From: Octopus sinensis
Lineage: Eukaryota
Assembly (NCBI RefSeq): GCF_006345805.1
Contig: NC_043007.1
Coordinates: 30,380,001 to 30,444,000 of the forward strand
Direction: 5' to 3'
Length of the DNA stretch: 64,000 nt
The position numbers and the translations under genes were made by a program. Position 1 is the stretch's first letter, and every line of letters begins with the position of its first letter. This document shows positions 1-13,043 of the stretch, in pieces. Below the pieces are notes generated by a model. The model saw only the letters and a list, made by a program, of their open reading frames with translations. It ran no database searches and was not told the DNA's origin.

Positions 1-1632
1 TCTCTTCTATACGGACGCGTCGCTCTCAGACTTGCTTTGTGCGTCTTCATGCTCTTTCTATACACACATATATGTATGCATTCTCATGTAGATATACAGA
101 CTCACTTGTAGGTACGCACACGAATTTGCACACACACACACACACAAACACACTCACGCACGCACAGACATACACAGACATACACAAACACTGTGGAACA
201 CTTATCGAATGACATTTCTTGTCACCGAAACTGAAAAACTTTTATATTAACAATAACTTTATCTTAATCTTTCCAAACTGACTTGTCACAACGAACAAAC
301 TTACCATTGGCAAGTTGACAGTATTTCTTCTTCCACTGAATTTATTAAAGAATAAAACGCTCTACACAATTTATTCGGCATTTCACGTTTATTCGAATCG
401 ATAGTTTCTAGAAGGAAGGAAGGACATATAATAAGAAAATGTAGTCCTACGCAGAGCTTGTGTAGAAACTGTCTTTAACCATAGCACAGCTGGATCAAGA
501 CGTGTTTGGAGTTAACCAGCAACAAATTGGCACCGGTGAAACATCTTTGCTCCTAGACTTGTTGGATCAGAGGTGACGCGGAGTTAAACAACAATAATAA
601 AACCAAACAACGCTTTCAATTATGTATTTCTCGATGCCCCATGCCTGAATATGTAATTGAATGACCATAAATAAAACACACTTGACTAAAGATCCGTCTG
701 CTATAACAAATTGTTTTAAAACTAAACAGGAGCATTTAAGTACCGCTTGGTCTTCTAAGCCCTCGGTAAATCACACTGTATTATCTTTAGAAATTAGGCA
801 CACATTTGATGATGCGGTCCTAGACAACCTTGGTTTGGCGAAAAGCAAGAAGGTAATAACCAAAATGCCGTGGAAGGTAAATAACTTAATCAGAAATAAG
901 CATGGACCAAGCAACAACAGTAGTAACAACAGCAGCAGCACGCATTTTTACAAAGTACCGAAGTTAATAAGGATGTTTTCTATTATTAGAAGAACATACA
1001 CAGCAGAGGAGGAGGGGGTACAGGTGACAAAATCAACACCAGATTCACTTTTATTTTCGTACATTGTATCTTCAGGATGAAGCCATACTCGAAAGAGAGT
1101 GCTCAGAGCAAGGGATGTAATATTGCTGGATCTAAGGGCCATTTGCGATTGAGGTATGACAGATGAAAATACTGCAATGGCTATCTGTGTGTTTGCAGTG
1201 AGTGTGCTGTATCATCTGTGTGTGTGTGTGTGTGTGTTGAGTCACCGCTAGTAGCGATTAGGTATGCCTATTAACATAGCAGCGTACTAATAATCGCTAA
1301 TTTATTGAGAATTCAATTAAATGGATTCGGCTGCCGAATATGAACCTAGTGGTGAGTATGCATCGCTGATGCGTTCTAAGTTTAGTTTTATAATTTATCA
1401 GGAGACATTCACCGCATCGATTTTGTTGTTTAATATCAAATCAGCCTTAACCTCGCAGAAATATTGTTAAAAATGTCTAACCATGACCACGATCGGCTTT
1501 ACGCTGTCAGTATTTCGACAAGTTCTCTAGTGTTTCCTTTTTGGCAACTTTTGGTAAGTTTCCATTATCAAAAACATCGACTTCTTTCATTCAACCATAG
1601 TGTATTTCTAAGGATATTATTAAGAGCGACTA

Positions 1633-2048
1633 GGCGGAGGCGTGGCTGTGTGGTAAGAAGCTTGCTTCTCGATCACATGGTTCCGGGTTCAGTCTCACCG
1701 TAAGGCATCTGGGGCATGTGACTTATAAGATATTTTTGGGTCGACCAGTGCCTTGTGGGTGAATTTGGTAGACGGAAACTGAAGGAAGCACGTCGTATAC
1801 AGACACACACACACACACGCACACACACACACACGCATATATGTATGTATGTATATATGTGTGTATGTGTGTCTGTGTTTGTCTCCCAATAGCGCTTGAC
1901 AACTGGTGTTGGAGTGTTTCCATCCTTGTAACTTAGTGGTTCGGCAAAAGCGAACCGATTGAATAAGTCCCAGTTGACTACTGGAGTCAATACGATCGAC
2001 TTACGCCCCCCCTCCGATATTGCTGGCCTTGTGCTAAAATTTTAAACC
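1633..2048 (+). mobile_element. tRNA-derived SINE, family A (near full length)
   Basis: A/B-box head (tggctgtgtgg...ggttcagtc), ccttgggcaagt-like central block, internal (CA)/(TA) tract; homologous to the other family A copies in the window. Confidence 0.85.
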
Positions 2049-2695
2049 TTTACTAAATGAGTCTTGCTTTGCAGTTGCTGTTGTTCATGATGATGATGAT
2101 GATGATGATAATGATGACAACGATGACGGGGATTATTCTGTCTGAATGTAATAAATTGGATCAGGGATAAGCATGGATCCCACATCATCGAAAGCAACAA
2201 TACCCTAATCATTGATGGAATAATAGGGTCATTAATGGTTTCCTCCTTTATCCGAAGATAAAGCAGGATTTGTGGGAGATGGAATCAGCAACAATTAATC
2301 TGCCGTATTTCATTAACAAATACAAACATAATTAGAATAGAGAACGTGGGATGTTTGAATTAATTACTTGATGACGTTTATGCCTAGATTATAACCTTTC
2401 TCTGATTGCTGCACACCAAACTGGATAAAGACCACAATTAAACACAAAGAAGAAAGATAAAGATTGGAAGAGGGGGGAGAGAGGGAGAGGATGAGGGGGG
2501 TTTCGATGATTTCCTTTCTTTTATTCTTTCACACACGTACATACATTCACTCTATAACCCGGCTCACATCACATCACACACACGCACACACACATTTACA
2601 TACACATATATTATTGAAGCGTACATATCTGCACACACATGTACGATTATATGCATATGTGTATATATATTTATGTATATGTACGTTTATATATA

Positions 2696-2738
<43 letters not shown>

Positions 2739-2773
2739 CACATACATACACACAGATACTTAGATAGAATTAC

Positions 2774-2823
<50 letters not shown>

Positions 2824-2881
2824 GTGAGTATATTCATACACACATACATATAGATGCATTGATAGAATTACATATATATAT

Positions 2882-2951
<70 letters not shown>

Positions 2952-3399
2952 AGCATACATACATATTAATATAAGAAATATACACATTATAGAAGCACAT
3001 GTAACGAAATTTTACATATAGATGTACAACTACACTCACACGTTTACACACACACACACACACACACATGCACATTATACATATATTCATATTGCATAGA
3101 ATCCGAGAGAAAACGCACGCACATGTGCACATACATACACAGATCACCTTCTGTGGCGTTCGCTCGTTGCATCGCTGCTTTATACTCTTTATTCCTCTTC
3201 TTTTCAATACTTTCCGCTTTACTCTTAATGTCGCTGTGTCGGGAACACATTCATGTTGTGAAAACACGCCCCACAAAGATGTGAAGAGGAAGGCTACGAA
3301 ACCCTTTTACAAATTCCCACAAATAGATTGTAGACAAAGATTAACTTTCACCGTAACACGAACACACACACATATATATTATATATAGACATATAAAGA

Positions 3400-3453
<54 letters not shown>

Positions 3454-3501
3454 AATACATATATTTATACATTGTACATGAATGTATATATGTGGAAACA
3501 A

Positions 3502-3637
3502 TAGCTTGCTTCCAACCACATGGTTCCAGGTTCACTCTCACTGCGTGGCACCTTGGGTAAGTGTCTTCTACTATAGCCGCTGGCCGACCACAAAGTCTTG
3601 TGAGTGGATTTTGTAGACGAAAACTGAAAGAAGCCCG

Positions 3638-3691
<54 letters not shown>

Positions 3692-3869
3692 CCCCACCAT
3701 CGCTTGACAACCGATGTTGGTGTGTTTACGTCCTCGTAACTTAGCGGTTCAGGAAAAGAGACCGATAGGATAAGTACTAGTCCTACAAAGAATAAGTCCT
3801 GGTGTCTATTTGTTCGACTAAAGGCGGTGCTCCAGCATGGCTGCAGTCAAATGACTGAAAGAAATAAAA
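3502..3869 (+). mobile_element. SINE family A, 5'-truncated
   Basis: Aligns by eye to other copies from gcttgcttccaaccacatgg to aaatgactgaaa. Confidence 0.85.
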
Positions 3870-3876
3870 GTATATA

Positions 3877-3938
<62 letters not shown>

Positions 3939-3939
<1 letters not shown>

Positions 3940-4410
3940 CTAGCTGGTGTACCTGATAATTCCCGGGGGTAAAGATGTTCTATTGAAACGCCTAATCACT
4001 CTGACATAAGAAAGCAAATTCGTCATTACTGCCACAAAAGGTGTTTTTTCCGTCACCAAAAAGTACAAAAACTGAAGCTGGTGGAGGGAGAGATTTTTGG
4101 AGGTTGGCGAGAGAGGTTGTCGATCACAGAAAGACTATTGTTTTACCGTGAGAAAAGCGCTTTTGAAGTGTTAAGTGATATTTGGCGATCGGTGATTGCC
4201 AAATATCTTATAGTATATTGTGTTTGCATAACGAAGTACCACGTTCCTACACACTTTTAATGTTTACATATCAACACCCAGTTCCATGGAATATCTGTAG
4301 AAATAACCTTAACAAAATTTATATGAGGAGAGTAATTCTCTTTTAGTGCCTTATAGTTTAACAAACTCACCGGTAAAATTTCCACTCATTTACTTATTTA
4401 TTTTTCTATG
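3939..4410 (+). mobile_element. Possible non-autonomous Helitron/HINE-like element (degenerate)
   Basis: Starts actagctggtgtacc...cccggg after (TA)n, resembling the 6654 terminus. Segment 4327-4400 recurs at 33564-33650. Right boundary uncertain. Confidence 0.35.
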
Positions 4411-6456
4411 TATATATACTTTTTTGGTTTAATCTTCACCAGTAACCTGTCCCTAAATTCTGAGATTAATGAGAGAATCAAAATTGGCGTTAGTATGATA
4501 ATTAAAGCGATGAATATGTCTGGGGGGGATAAAGTAATTATACTGCACCTCTCGCTTGCGTCTGCGGTATTTCCCTACGTAGGAAACATGGCTGGCTTAT
4601 TTTAGAAAAGGGAGAAAGTTAAATGCCCATCACATGAGATATTGTAAAATACTGGCGATATCGAATGGAAGAAAAAATCACCTTTTATAAGTTTCTTGGT
4701 TGGAATTCTAAGACCATATCTCCGATGCATACTGAGCGTTGTCTGCGATGCTTTAGCCATGTGCAATGCAAGAAAGGTGTCTTCCCTAGGATTCTACCGT
4801 ACGTCTAAAATAAGTATGGATCATGTGCAATATATGGTATAGTCATAAAAATTACATATACATAATGCATATATATATGTGTGTGTGTTTGTGAGTGTGT
4901 GTGTATGAGTGTGTGTGCAACTCACAAATAAAAAAAAAGACGTATATATGTATATATGTATGATGTGCGTAGTATACGCGAGTTCTGTGTATCAAAGGTA
5001 AAGAATGGTCTTTAACAAAATTCCTTTCCTTTTGTTTGCCTGTTATTTTAATGACTCGAGATATTGATATCAACGGTAAAACCTTAGGGAGTTCGTGCTG
5101 ACTTTCATGACGTCACAATCTTTCTATACGTTAGATCAACAATAGCAACGAAATAAAAAACGATACTGGAAGAAGATAAATATGTCGAAAGCGAGTTTGT
5201 GACAGAGGTTAATGAATAGAGAGAGAATTGTATAAGCAGGAACATACAGAGCGAACCGGAAGAAATGATAAGTTTAAAAAGATTGCACGAACGAAATTTA
5301 CGTTTAAGAAAGGCTTCGATAAAAGCAGATTAAGTCATATATCATACAGTGGCAAAGTAGGCCATTTGCCTTCTGATAAAAGCATGTATATTTATACAAA
5401 ACCTCAACTCGTATGCACTCTTAAGCATTTAAACTGTGAATAATACCGTAATTGAGAAGATATCAATCGCTAGTATACATGGAAGACTGACGACAATGGC
5501 ATTGAATGTCTGCTGCTTCGACATCGATGTAACCAATGTTGAATATGAATTTAATTAACTTTCCCACAGTTTCCTCTGCCATGATATAACTCACAATGTA
5601 TGAGGTTCAGTTGGCTGCTGACAGCATATCACGATGGAGGAGCCACATATACACATCCTTCCAAAATTTGAAACAAGATTCTAATTTAGAATCTACGTGG
5701 TTGCACCATCTTCTAGAGATAGTAACTAAATCTCCATCAATTTATCCTTTACCGTTTAACATAAAGTAAGGACATAAAGGATGATGTAATGCTGGATACA
5801 AGATGCTTAGAAATATAATCGAGAAATAGAATGACAATGATTTACTCTCTGGGTGGATCAGAGTCGACCTGGGGTTTAACAAAAACAAAAACGTTCCCTA
5901 AAACTTATCAAGACAAAAACAAAAGGAGCATTTTGATTAATGATTGAAGAGAATTTGAGGTCAGATAGCACCAGGTACCATTAACGACCAATATGGATTT
6001 CCAAAAGAATAGTTTTGTAGGGTGCAGAGCTTTTTGAGACTGAATCTCAAGAGCAATAGATTAACTTTCGAATAGAAATCGAATGTAGAGCCCTATGGGT
6101 AAGCAGTTCATTTTGGATCCACGTCGCTTGAGTTCAATCCCTTTGTTGCTACAGCAGACACGAACCTTCTACTATAACTTTCAGGTAGCATCTGCGTAGC
6201 GAAGGAAGTTTAGAAGCGTGTGTGTGTGTGTATGATATCTATCTATATATACATATATACATACATTATATATATGTATATATATATAGAATTAAGTTTT
6301 AGGGATACTAGATATGCGGGTATTCTATTATTTCAGATAATACAAACAATTACCTAATGAGTATATCTGAAGGTAAACACGTGGTGTCTATTTGCACATC
6401 ACGAAATAATACTTCAAAGGATTTACTCATTAGGTTATTTTTTTGCATTATCTAAA

Positions 6457-6509
<53 letters not shown>

Positions 6510-6653
6510 GATATAAAAAAGACCCCACTGTACGATGTGCAGGTGCATGTAATGCTAAGAGTTGTAACTGACTGATTTCGAAATTCATTTTTACAAATTA
6601 TTTAATGTAATATATATATATATATATGTATATGTATGTATATATATATATAT

Positions 6654-7036
6654 ACTAGCAATATCGCCCGGCGTTGCTCGGGTTTGTAAGGGAAATAACT
6701 ATAAAGCATTTTTAGAGAGTTATAGCAAAAAAATGATGGTAAATTTTTTGTTGATAGTTAAAAAGGTCGAGTTGCGTCCCCTAGACCATCTGTGGTTTGT
6801 GTTTCTGATTGTCGACCCCATGTCGAATTTTATCGATCTTTTTCAGAACTGGGGGAACTTTCCAAAATTGTCGCTGCGTTAGTTTTGAATTATGACATTG
6901 GGCTATGTGTGTGTCAAGTTTCATCAGAATGGTTGAAAGCCGTGGTCAGAGTGAGGGTACAACCTAACGGACACACAGAAACACACACAGACAAACTGCC
7001 GTTTATATAGAGAGAGATGTATGTATACACATTATA
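6654..7036 (+). mobile_element. Non-autonomous Helitron/HINE-like element, tandem copy 1
   Basis: 5' actagcaatatcgcccggcgttgctcggg (short cccg/cggg stem); 3' acacacagacaaactgccgtttatatagagagagat; embedded in (TA)n. Architecture resembles Lep1/HINE-type elements (from memory). Confidence 0.6.
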
Positions 7037-7088
7037 TATTATATATATATATATATATATATGTATATGTATGTATATATATATATAT

Positions 7089-7468
7089 ACTAGCAATATC
7101 GCCCGGCGTTGCTCGGGTTTGTAAGGGAAATAACTATAAAGCATTTTTAGAGAGTTATAGCAAAAAAATGATGGTAAATTTTTTGTTGATAGTTAAAAAG
7201 GTCGAGTTGCGTCCCCTAGACCATCTGTGGTTTGTGTTTCTGATTGTCGACCCCATGTCGAATTTTATCGATCTTTTTCAGAACTGGGGGAACTTTCCAA
7301 AATTGTCGCTGCGTTAGTTTTGAATTATGACATTGGGCTATGTGTGTGTCAAGTTTCATCAGAATTGGTTGAAAGCCGTGGTCAGAGTGAGGGTACAACC
7401 TAACGGACACACAGAAACACACACAGACAAACTGCCGTTTATATAGAGAGAGATGTATGTATACACAT

Positions 7469-7472
<4 letters not shown>
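7089..7472 (+). mobile_element. Non-autonomous Helitron/HINE-like element, tandem copy 2
   Basis: Same as 6654 copy at a 435-bp period; only a 1-nt indel seen within the element body. Confidence 0.6.
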
Positions 7473-7499
<27 letters not shown>

Positions 7500-7508
7500 T
7501 ATATATAT

Positions 7509-7557
<49 letters not shown>

Positions 7558-7633
7558 GCATATATAATTGTTAAAGAGGACAACAAACGGGAAGGCAAGG
7601 CAAATATCGCAAGTCATATATATTATCATTATT

Positions 7634-7870
7634 AGAAAAAAATTCAAAGTCTTACAGCTGTTTCTGGGACATCCCAGAGTATGGGATAGTCCGCTATCGG
7701 AGACAAATATGGAAAATGAGAAGGGTATAGATTAATAAAATGACGACATAGAGGACAGGAGTATAGGAATGGGATTAATTTCATTAAGCTATACTCTTCT
7801 CCTTTTCTCTATTTGTGTCCGATGACGGGACATCCCAGAAACAGCTGTAAGACTTCGAATTTTTTTTCAA
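7634..7870. mobile_element. Inverted pair of PLE pLTR-like repeats, each with a degenerate hammerhead fold
   Basis: Arms about 7634-7745 and 7778-7870 are reverse complements; both carry GAAACAGCTGTA with a palindromic stem III. Confidence 0.65.
7815..7853 (+). ncRNA. Minimal type-I hammerhead-like motif
   Basis: GUGU-CCGAUGA-C-GGGA-CA-UCCC-A-GAAA-CAGCUG-UA-AGAC; stem III ACAGCUGU palindromic; predicted cut after A7849. Confidence 0.55.
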
Positions 7871-8102
7871 TAATAATATTGTATACGACTTGAGATGTTT
7901 GTCTTGTCTTAACGTTTGCTGGCCTCTATAACAATTATAGATCCGCTGAAGCAGAAATCTGCAATGGTTCCACAACTACCGTCTCGGTTATAACCTTGGA
8001 GCCCTAGTAATCCGTTACAGCACCTACCTAGCGAACCTAGTCGTTTAGATCGCCTGTGAACTAAACCCCAACAATATTTTGTATATCTGTATATTTTGTA
8101 TG

Positions 8103-8195
<93 letters not shown>

Positions 8196-8196
8196 A

Positions 8197-8400
8197 AGTT
8201 AATCCAAACAAAAAAACAAAAAAAAAACACAACAACGCGAGGACGTGGAACAAATAAAGTATTATTGGACGCTCAGGAAAGAAGGGAAGAAGGAGGGTTT
8301 AACGTTTCGAGCGGAGCTCTTCGTCGGAAACATAGGAGAAGGAAAGATCCAGAGAAGGGAAGACAGAGGAAAAAAATCGCCAGCGGTACTCACGAGGTCA
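8197..8400 (-). mobile_element. PLE pLTR-like non-coding repeat (HHR family 2)
   Basis: Near-identical copy at 46408-46602; flanked by (TA)n on both sides; HHR fold at 8297-8331. Confidence 0.7.
8297..8331 (-). ncRNA. Minimal type-I hammerhead-like motif
   Basis: Minus strand GUUU-CCGACGA-A-GAGC-UCC-GCUC-GAAACGU-U-AAAC: 4-bp stem I, 4-bp stem II, palindromic ACGU stem III. Confidence 0.55.
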
Positions 8401-8410
8401 CATATATATA

Positions 8411-8457
<47 letters not shown>

Positions 8458-9066
8458 TATGCGTATATTAATGATAGTGTAAGTACCAGAACATTATATT
8501 GTGCCGCAGCATATCTGCAGTGTGTCGTAAGTGAATTCAGTAAAAAGTATAAAAACTAAACATTATGGAAAGCTTGCTTCAGCGTTTTATCGATTTAAGT
8601 TTCGTTTATTTAGAATATGTGAAACAGAAACAGATTGCGTCTTGATACTTGAAAAATGAATGAATGGCTAAATGAATAAATGAATGATTAAATAAAGAAA
8701 CAAAGAAAGAGCTGGATACGCTAAACGAAAGAGCGTAACATCAATTTATTCTGGCGTTGTTGTAACATTGGAATAGCAGCGGAGTGGAACCTTGGAATCA
8801 AAAGAATTGCTCAACACGAAAATTATATGGATACATTGAACATCATGTTTTCCCCTGAATGGTAGTACAACCAAAGCCATATTTCTTAATCTCTACAGGC
8901 ACACATACACACTGCACCCACCCACGCATATATATATATTTATATACCCGAAGAGTGTATAAATATGAGGAACTATGATTAATAAAGTTGTCGCTTCTAA
9001 TTAATTATACATTTTGATTATAGTTTTAAGAATTGAGCTTTCAGTTCTCTGCTGCTTACTCTTAGG

Positions 9067-9067
<1 letters not shown>

Positions 9068-9113
<46 letters not shown>

Positions 9114-9185
9114 GTCTGTCTGTCTGTCAATCTATTTATCGATCTATCTGTCTGTCTCTCTGTCTGTCTGTCTGTTTATCTATTT
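9068..9185. repeat. (TATC)n/(TGTC)n compound microsatellite
   Basis: Direct reading. Confidence 0.95.
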
Positions 9186-9899
9186 TGTATCAGCCAATCT
9201 ACCAGTGTGTGTATATATATATATGTGTGTGTGTGTGCGTGCGTGTGTTTATGTATATGTCTGTGTATTGTATCTCGCACAAGCACTCGCACGCTTAAGT
9301 ACACACACACACAAACACGTATATGTGTATATGTACATGTTCCTGTGAGTGTGTTCATGTGCATATTTAGGACTAAAATCTCATAAAACCCTAATCGATG
9401 GTCAGGGTTTCTCGTTGCCGTTTGTCAGACGAGTCCCGAGGAAGAGACACAGAAACTCTGAAGAGAGAAGGGCGAAATCTCAGAACCGAGTATGATTCAT
9501 CTCCCTCTGCTTCATTGTAGTGAGCAGTGTTTCACCTCAATGCATTTCTTGACGTTTAACTATTTATTCATTTTACACACACACACACATTCATACGTGT
9601 GGTGTGTGTGTGTGTGTGTGTTCGTGGGATACGTATACAAACAATCATATATACATACATACATACATAAATGCAAGTATAGAGACATATATACGTGCAC
9701 ACATGTACGTATTAGCGCTTTGCTTAAAAGAAGTAGCTTTGTTGGAAATTGCCAGTCCTAAAAAGCTATTTTCTAATAAAATGCTATTTTGTAATAAAAA
9801 GTCCTTTTATCAATCAACGACACAAAGTTAATATAAATCATACAAAATGAAGCTTAAAAGAAATATTGTTTTCTGCGTTTCCTAACAGCAAACATTATA

Positions 9900-11790
9900 A
9901 ATTATTTGGTCAACATAATGGCATGCTTCCGCTCAATATTTCGTACTGCCATGCTGTTCCAGCCAATGTATTTAACAAATATGTCTGCATTCATCTGAGG
10001 CAACGGAAGGGGTGCTCTACTGAATACAGTAGAATAGTAAAAATGGTTACCAAGGTACTAGTGATTTTAGTGAGACTGGCAGTAACCCATGAACATTTTC
10101 TTCATAATTTTTCAAAGTTGCAGTTGCAGCTATCTGCTAACCTGAAGAATAACCATGATCTGCAAATACTTTAGTGATGGTTACCGTTTGGGCCTGAGGA
10201 AATACGGATTAGTACGACGTAATTTGTGATAATTCTCATCTTAATCATGACTCTTTACTTGTTTCAGTCATTTGACTGCGGCCATGCTGGAGCACTGCCT
10301 TTAGTCGAGCAAATCGACCCCAGGATCTATTTCTTGTAAGCCTAGTACTTATTCTATCGTTCTCTTTGCCGAACCGCTAAATTACGGGGGACGGAAACAC
10401 ACTAGCATCGGTTGTCAAGTGATGTTGGAGGGACAAACACAGATACACAAACATACATATACATATATACGACGGGCTTCTTTCTGTTTTCGTCTACCAA
10501 ATCCACTCACAAGGCTTTGGTCGGCCCGAGGCTATAGCAGAAGACACTTGCCCAAGGTGCCACGCAGTGGGACTGAACCTGGAACCATGTGGTTGGTAAG
10601 CAAGCTATTTACCTCACAGCCACTCCTGCGAAGATAATTTGGCTGAAATCACCAAGAATGACTTGATCACTACCATTAATTAGTGATTCAGTTTCCACGA
10701 TACATTTATCCGAAATGAAATACAAGGAAGACATGTGATTGACGTCGTCGATAGTTCAATCCAGAAGCACTTTCGTTGCTGATTCTCCTCCAAGGATTAC
10801 AATCAATGGGATACCATTCCTTCTCAGGAGTTCTTGCTTTCTGAAATGAGAATTCTGTAGCTTAGCTAAGGTTCTGCACAATATATTTGATTTTATCTAA
10901 TTTTCCAAACTCTTTTCAAAATTATTTTCATCTCTGCAGTTTGTAAGGGATTTCTGGTGGTTCTAGCTTTTCTAGTCTAACATTCATTCCGCTTCCTTGG
11001 AAGATTTTCTTTGAGTCTCATTTTGTTTCACGATTTTACTTTCGATGAAATCATCAAATTATGAAATTAAAATTACATATTCCATTCAATAATTCATTGC
11101 AATCCGTACCTGTCAGTTTCGGTTTTGATCATTTGTAAAGTCCTACCTTTAAAATAGGAGGGAATCGCTCCATTACGGTTTTTACTTCTTACCATCTTCT
11201 TGCGCTTTGACATGTCTCCATGATATTTGTGTTGCATCGGTCGCGATGCTTTCGAAGTTTACACGACATCCGTGACTGGCTTCTAAAATGCTGGTTAGGT
11301 TTCTGTATAGCGTTTAAAGCATTGAGAAGTGGCTCAGAATTTATAAATGTATCTTGGAAAGCAAGATTTACATTAACAATAACTATATATGGTAACTGGA
11401 AGTCAATCGGGCTTTTGAAGGACTTTCATATAATCTTGTTGCAAAAATCCTAAGAAAAGACCAACTTACATTTGCTGCGCCATTAAAACATTTTGGCTCA
11501 TTCAAGATACAACTTTTCGAGTATATTTTAAGCCACCCTTTTCAGGAGAATGTGTTGCATGATATTGCGATATAAAACACATTGAATTCCTCTTTCGGGA
11601 TAGATCTGAGGTATATCGCTACTTGTTCAATAAATCTGACGTCTGAGATGCCATCAACGGTAATGGAATACACTTTCACACCATTTCCGCTGCTGGTTAA
11701 AACAACTTCAGCTTTGATGACATGATACCAAGAAATGCATTTTGGGTTAAAATTTGATGTTTCTTGTGTATTTGCATCCAATTGACGTTT
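9900..11790 (-). pseudogene. Decayed hAT-superfamily transposase, interrupted by a SINE
   Basis: Minus-strand fragments YSITVDGISDVRFIEQVAIYLRSI (cf. FSIxxDETTDxSxxEQxxIxLRY), KCFNGAANVS (cf. QCYDGASNMSG), VNLAFQD, and SVEHPFRCLR*MQTYLLNTL (cf. dimerisation domain SCERSFSxLRRLKTYLRSTM); many stops and frameshifts; no TIRs found. Confidence 0.7.
10256..10631 (-). mobile_element. SINE family A, full length
   Basis: Reverse complement of the family A head-to-tail sequence. Confidence 0.9.
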
Positions 11791-12159
11791 CAGTTTTACT
11801 CCCAGCTAACGAATAAACTTCTACCAAAAATGTAGAAATATCTAAAAGTTAACAATGTAGCACCATGCTGGACACCGTTGTTCTATGATTTGGTAGGCAG
11901 TGAACAACACATCAATAACTGTTCGAAACAAACAGGGGGAAATACAAATTTTCCTACTGCAGGGTATCACAGAGGAAGTGTTGGCAACTTTGTTAATATT
12001 TATTTATACACACGTTTTTTAGTTATTAAATGCAAAAGGAAGACGAGAGAAAAAAATGAAATATTTAGTTAAAATATTCACTGCAACAATTTGATTATTA
12101 TGTGAGACAGAACATAAATAATGTGAAGGTGCATCTCTGGCAACATGGTTATGGTATAG

Positions 12160-12599
12160 TATAGAAAGAAAGGTAATAGTGTAACATAGTCAGCAGGAGA
12201 AGGTTTTGGACGGTAAAGGTGGAGGGTTAAATAGTGTAAATAAATAAATCAGGGGAAGTAAAGTTAAAAGTACTTAAGAACAAGAGAAGGTGAGAAGTGA
12301 AAAAGGGAAAAAATTGGAAAAAACTAAAAAGCGAACAAGTGTGAAAATGTAAAAGAGTGAAATATATTTTACAGCTCAATAAATTTCAGAAGCTTAAAAA
12401 AAATACTCGAAGGAGATGTTTCCGAAATTCATAAAATCTCCAAAATTCTCAAATATTCTTCAAGATCTCGAAAAATTTTGAAGTGATGAAGTTATAAAGT
12501 TCCAAGTTATTAAGGTTTTAAAGTTTTAAAGTATATATATACATGGATATAAACTAGCAACGAAGGATATCCACAGATTACACGCCACTCGCACAAGTC

Positions 12600-12631
<32 letters not shown>

Positions 12632-12701
12632 TTGTCTGTCTGTCTACATACCTATCTATGTATCTACTTCTGTCTATCTAGCTATCTACCCCCTCTCTTT
12701 C

Positions 12702-12738
<37 letters not shown>

Positions 12739-13001
12739 GTTTATATATTTGTTATAGAAATACAAAATGGCTGACGGTTAGTAAGGAGAGACACCAATAA
12801 GAAAGAAGAATACAAAGGACCACTGATGCGGTCACAGGAGTGTGACGAAAGAACTCTGGCCGAAATAAGATTAAGATTAATGTAAAATATAAATAACACT
12901 GAAGCAAAGTAACACCAAATATATAGTGCGTGTTTTTTTATTGGCTAAACAGGCAAAATGACCATTCCGAAATATAACAATATATATATAATATATATAT
13001 A

Positions 13002-13043
<42 letters not shown>

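Noticed and set aside
661-1142. 139-aa ORF and overlapping antisense ORF
   Set aside because: No convincing protein family; only a faint resemblance to a decayed LINE RT end (KLIRMFSIIRRT); includes a CAG/CAA repeat.
9455-9495. CUGAAGA...GAAAUCUC...GAGUA on plus strand
   Set aside because: Stem I and stem II do not pair adequately.
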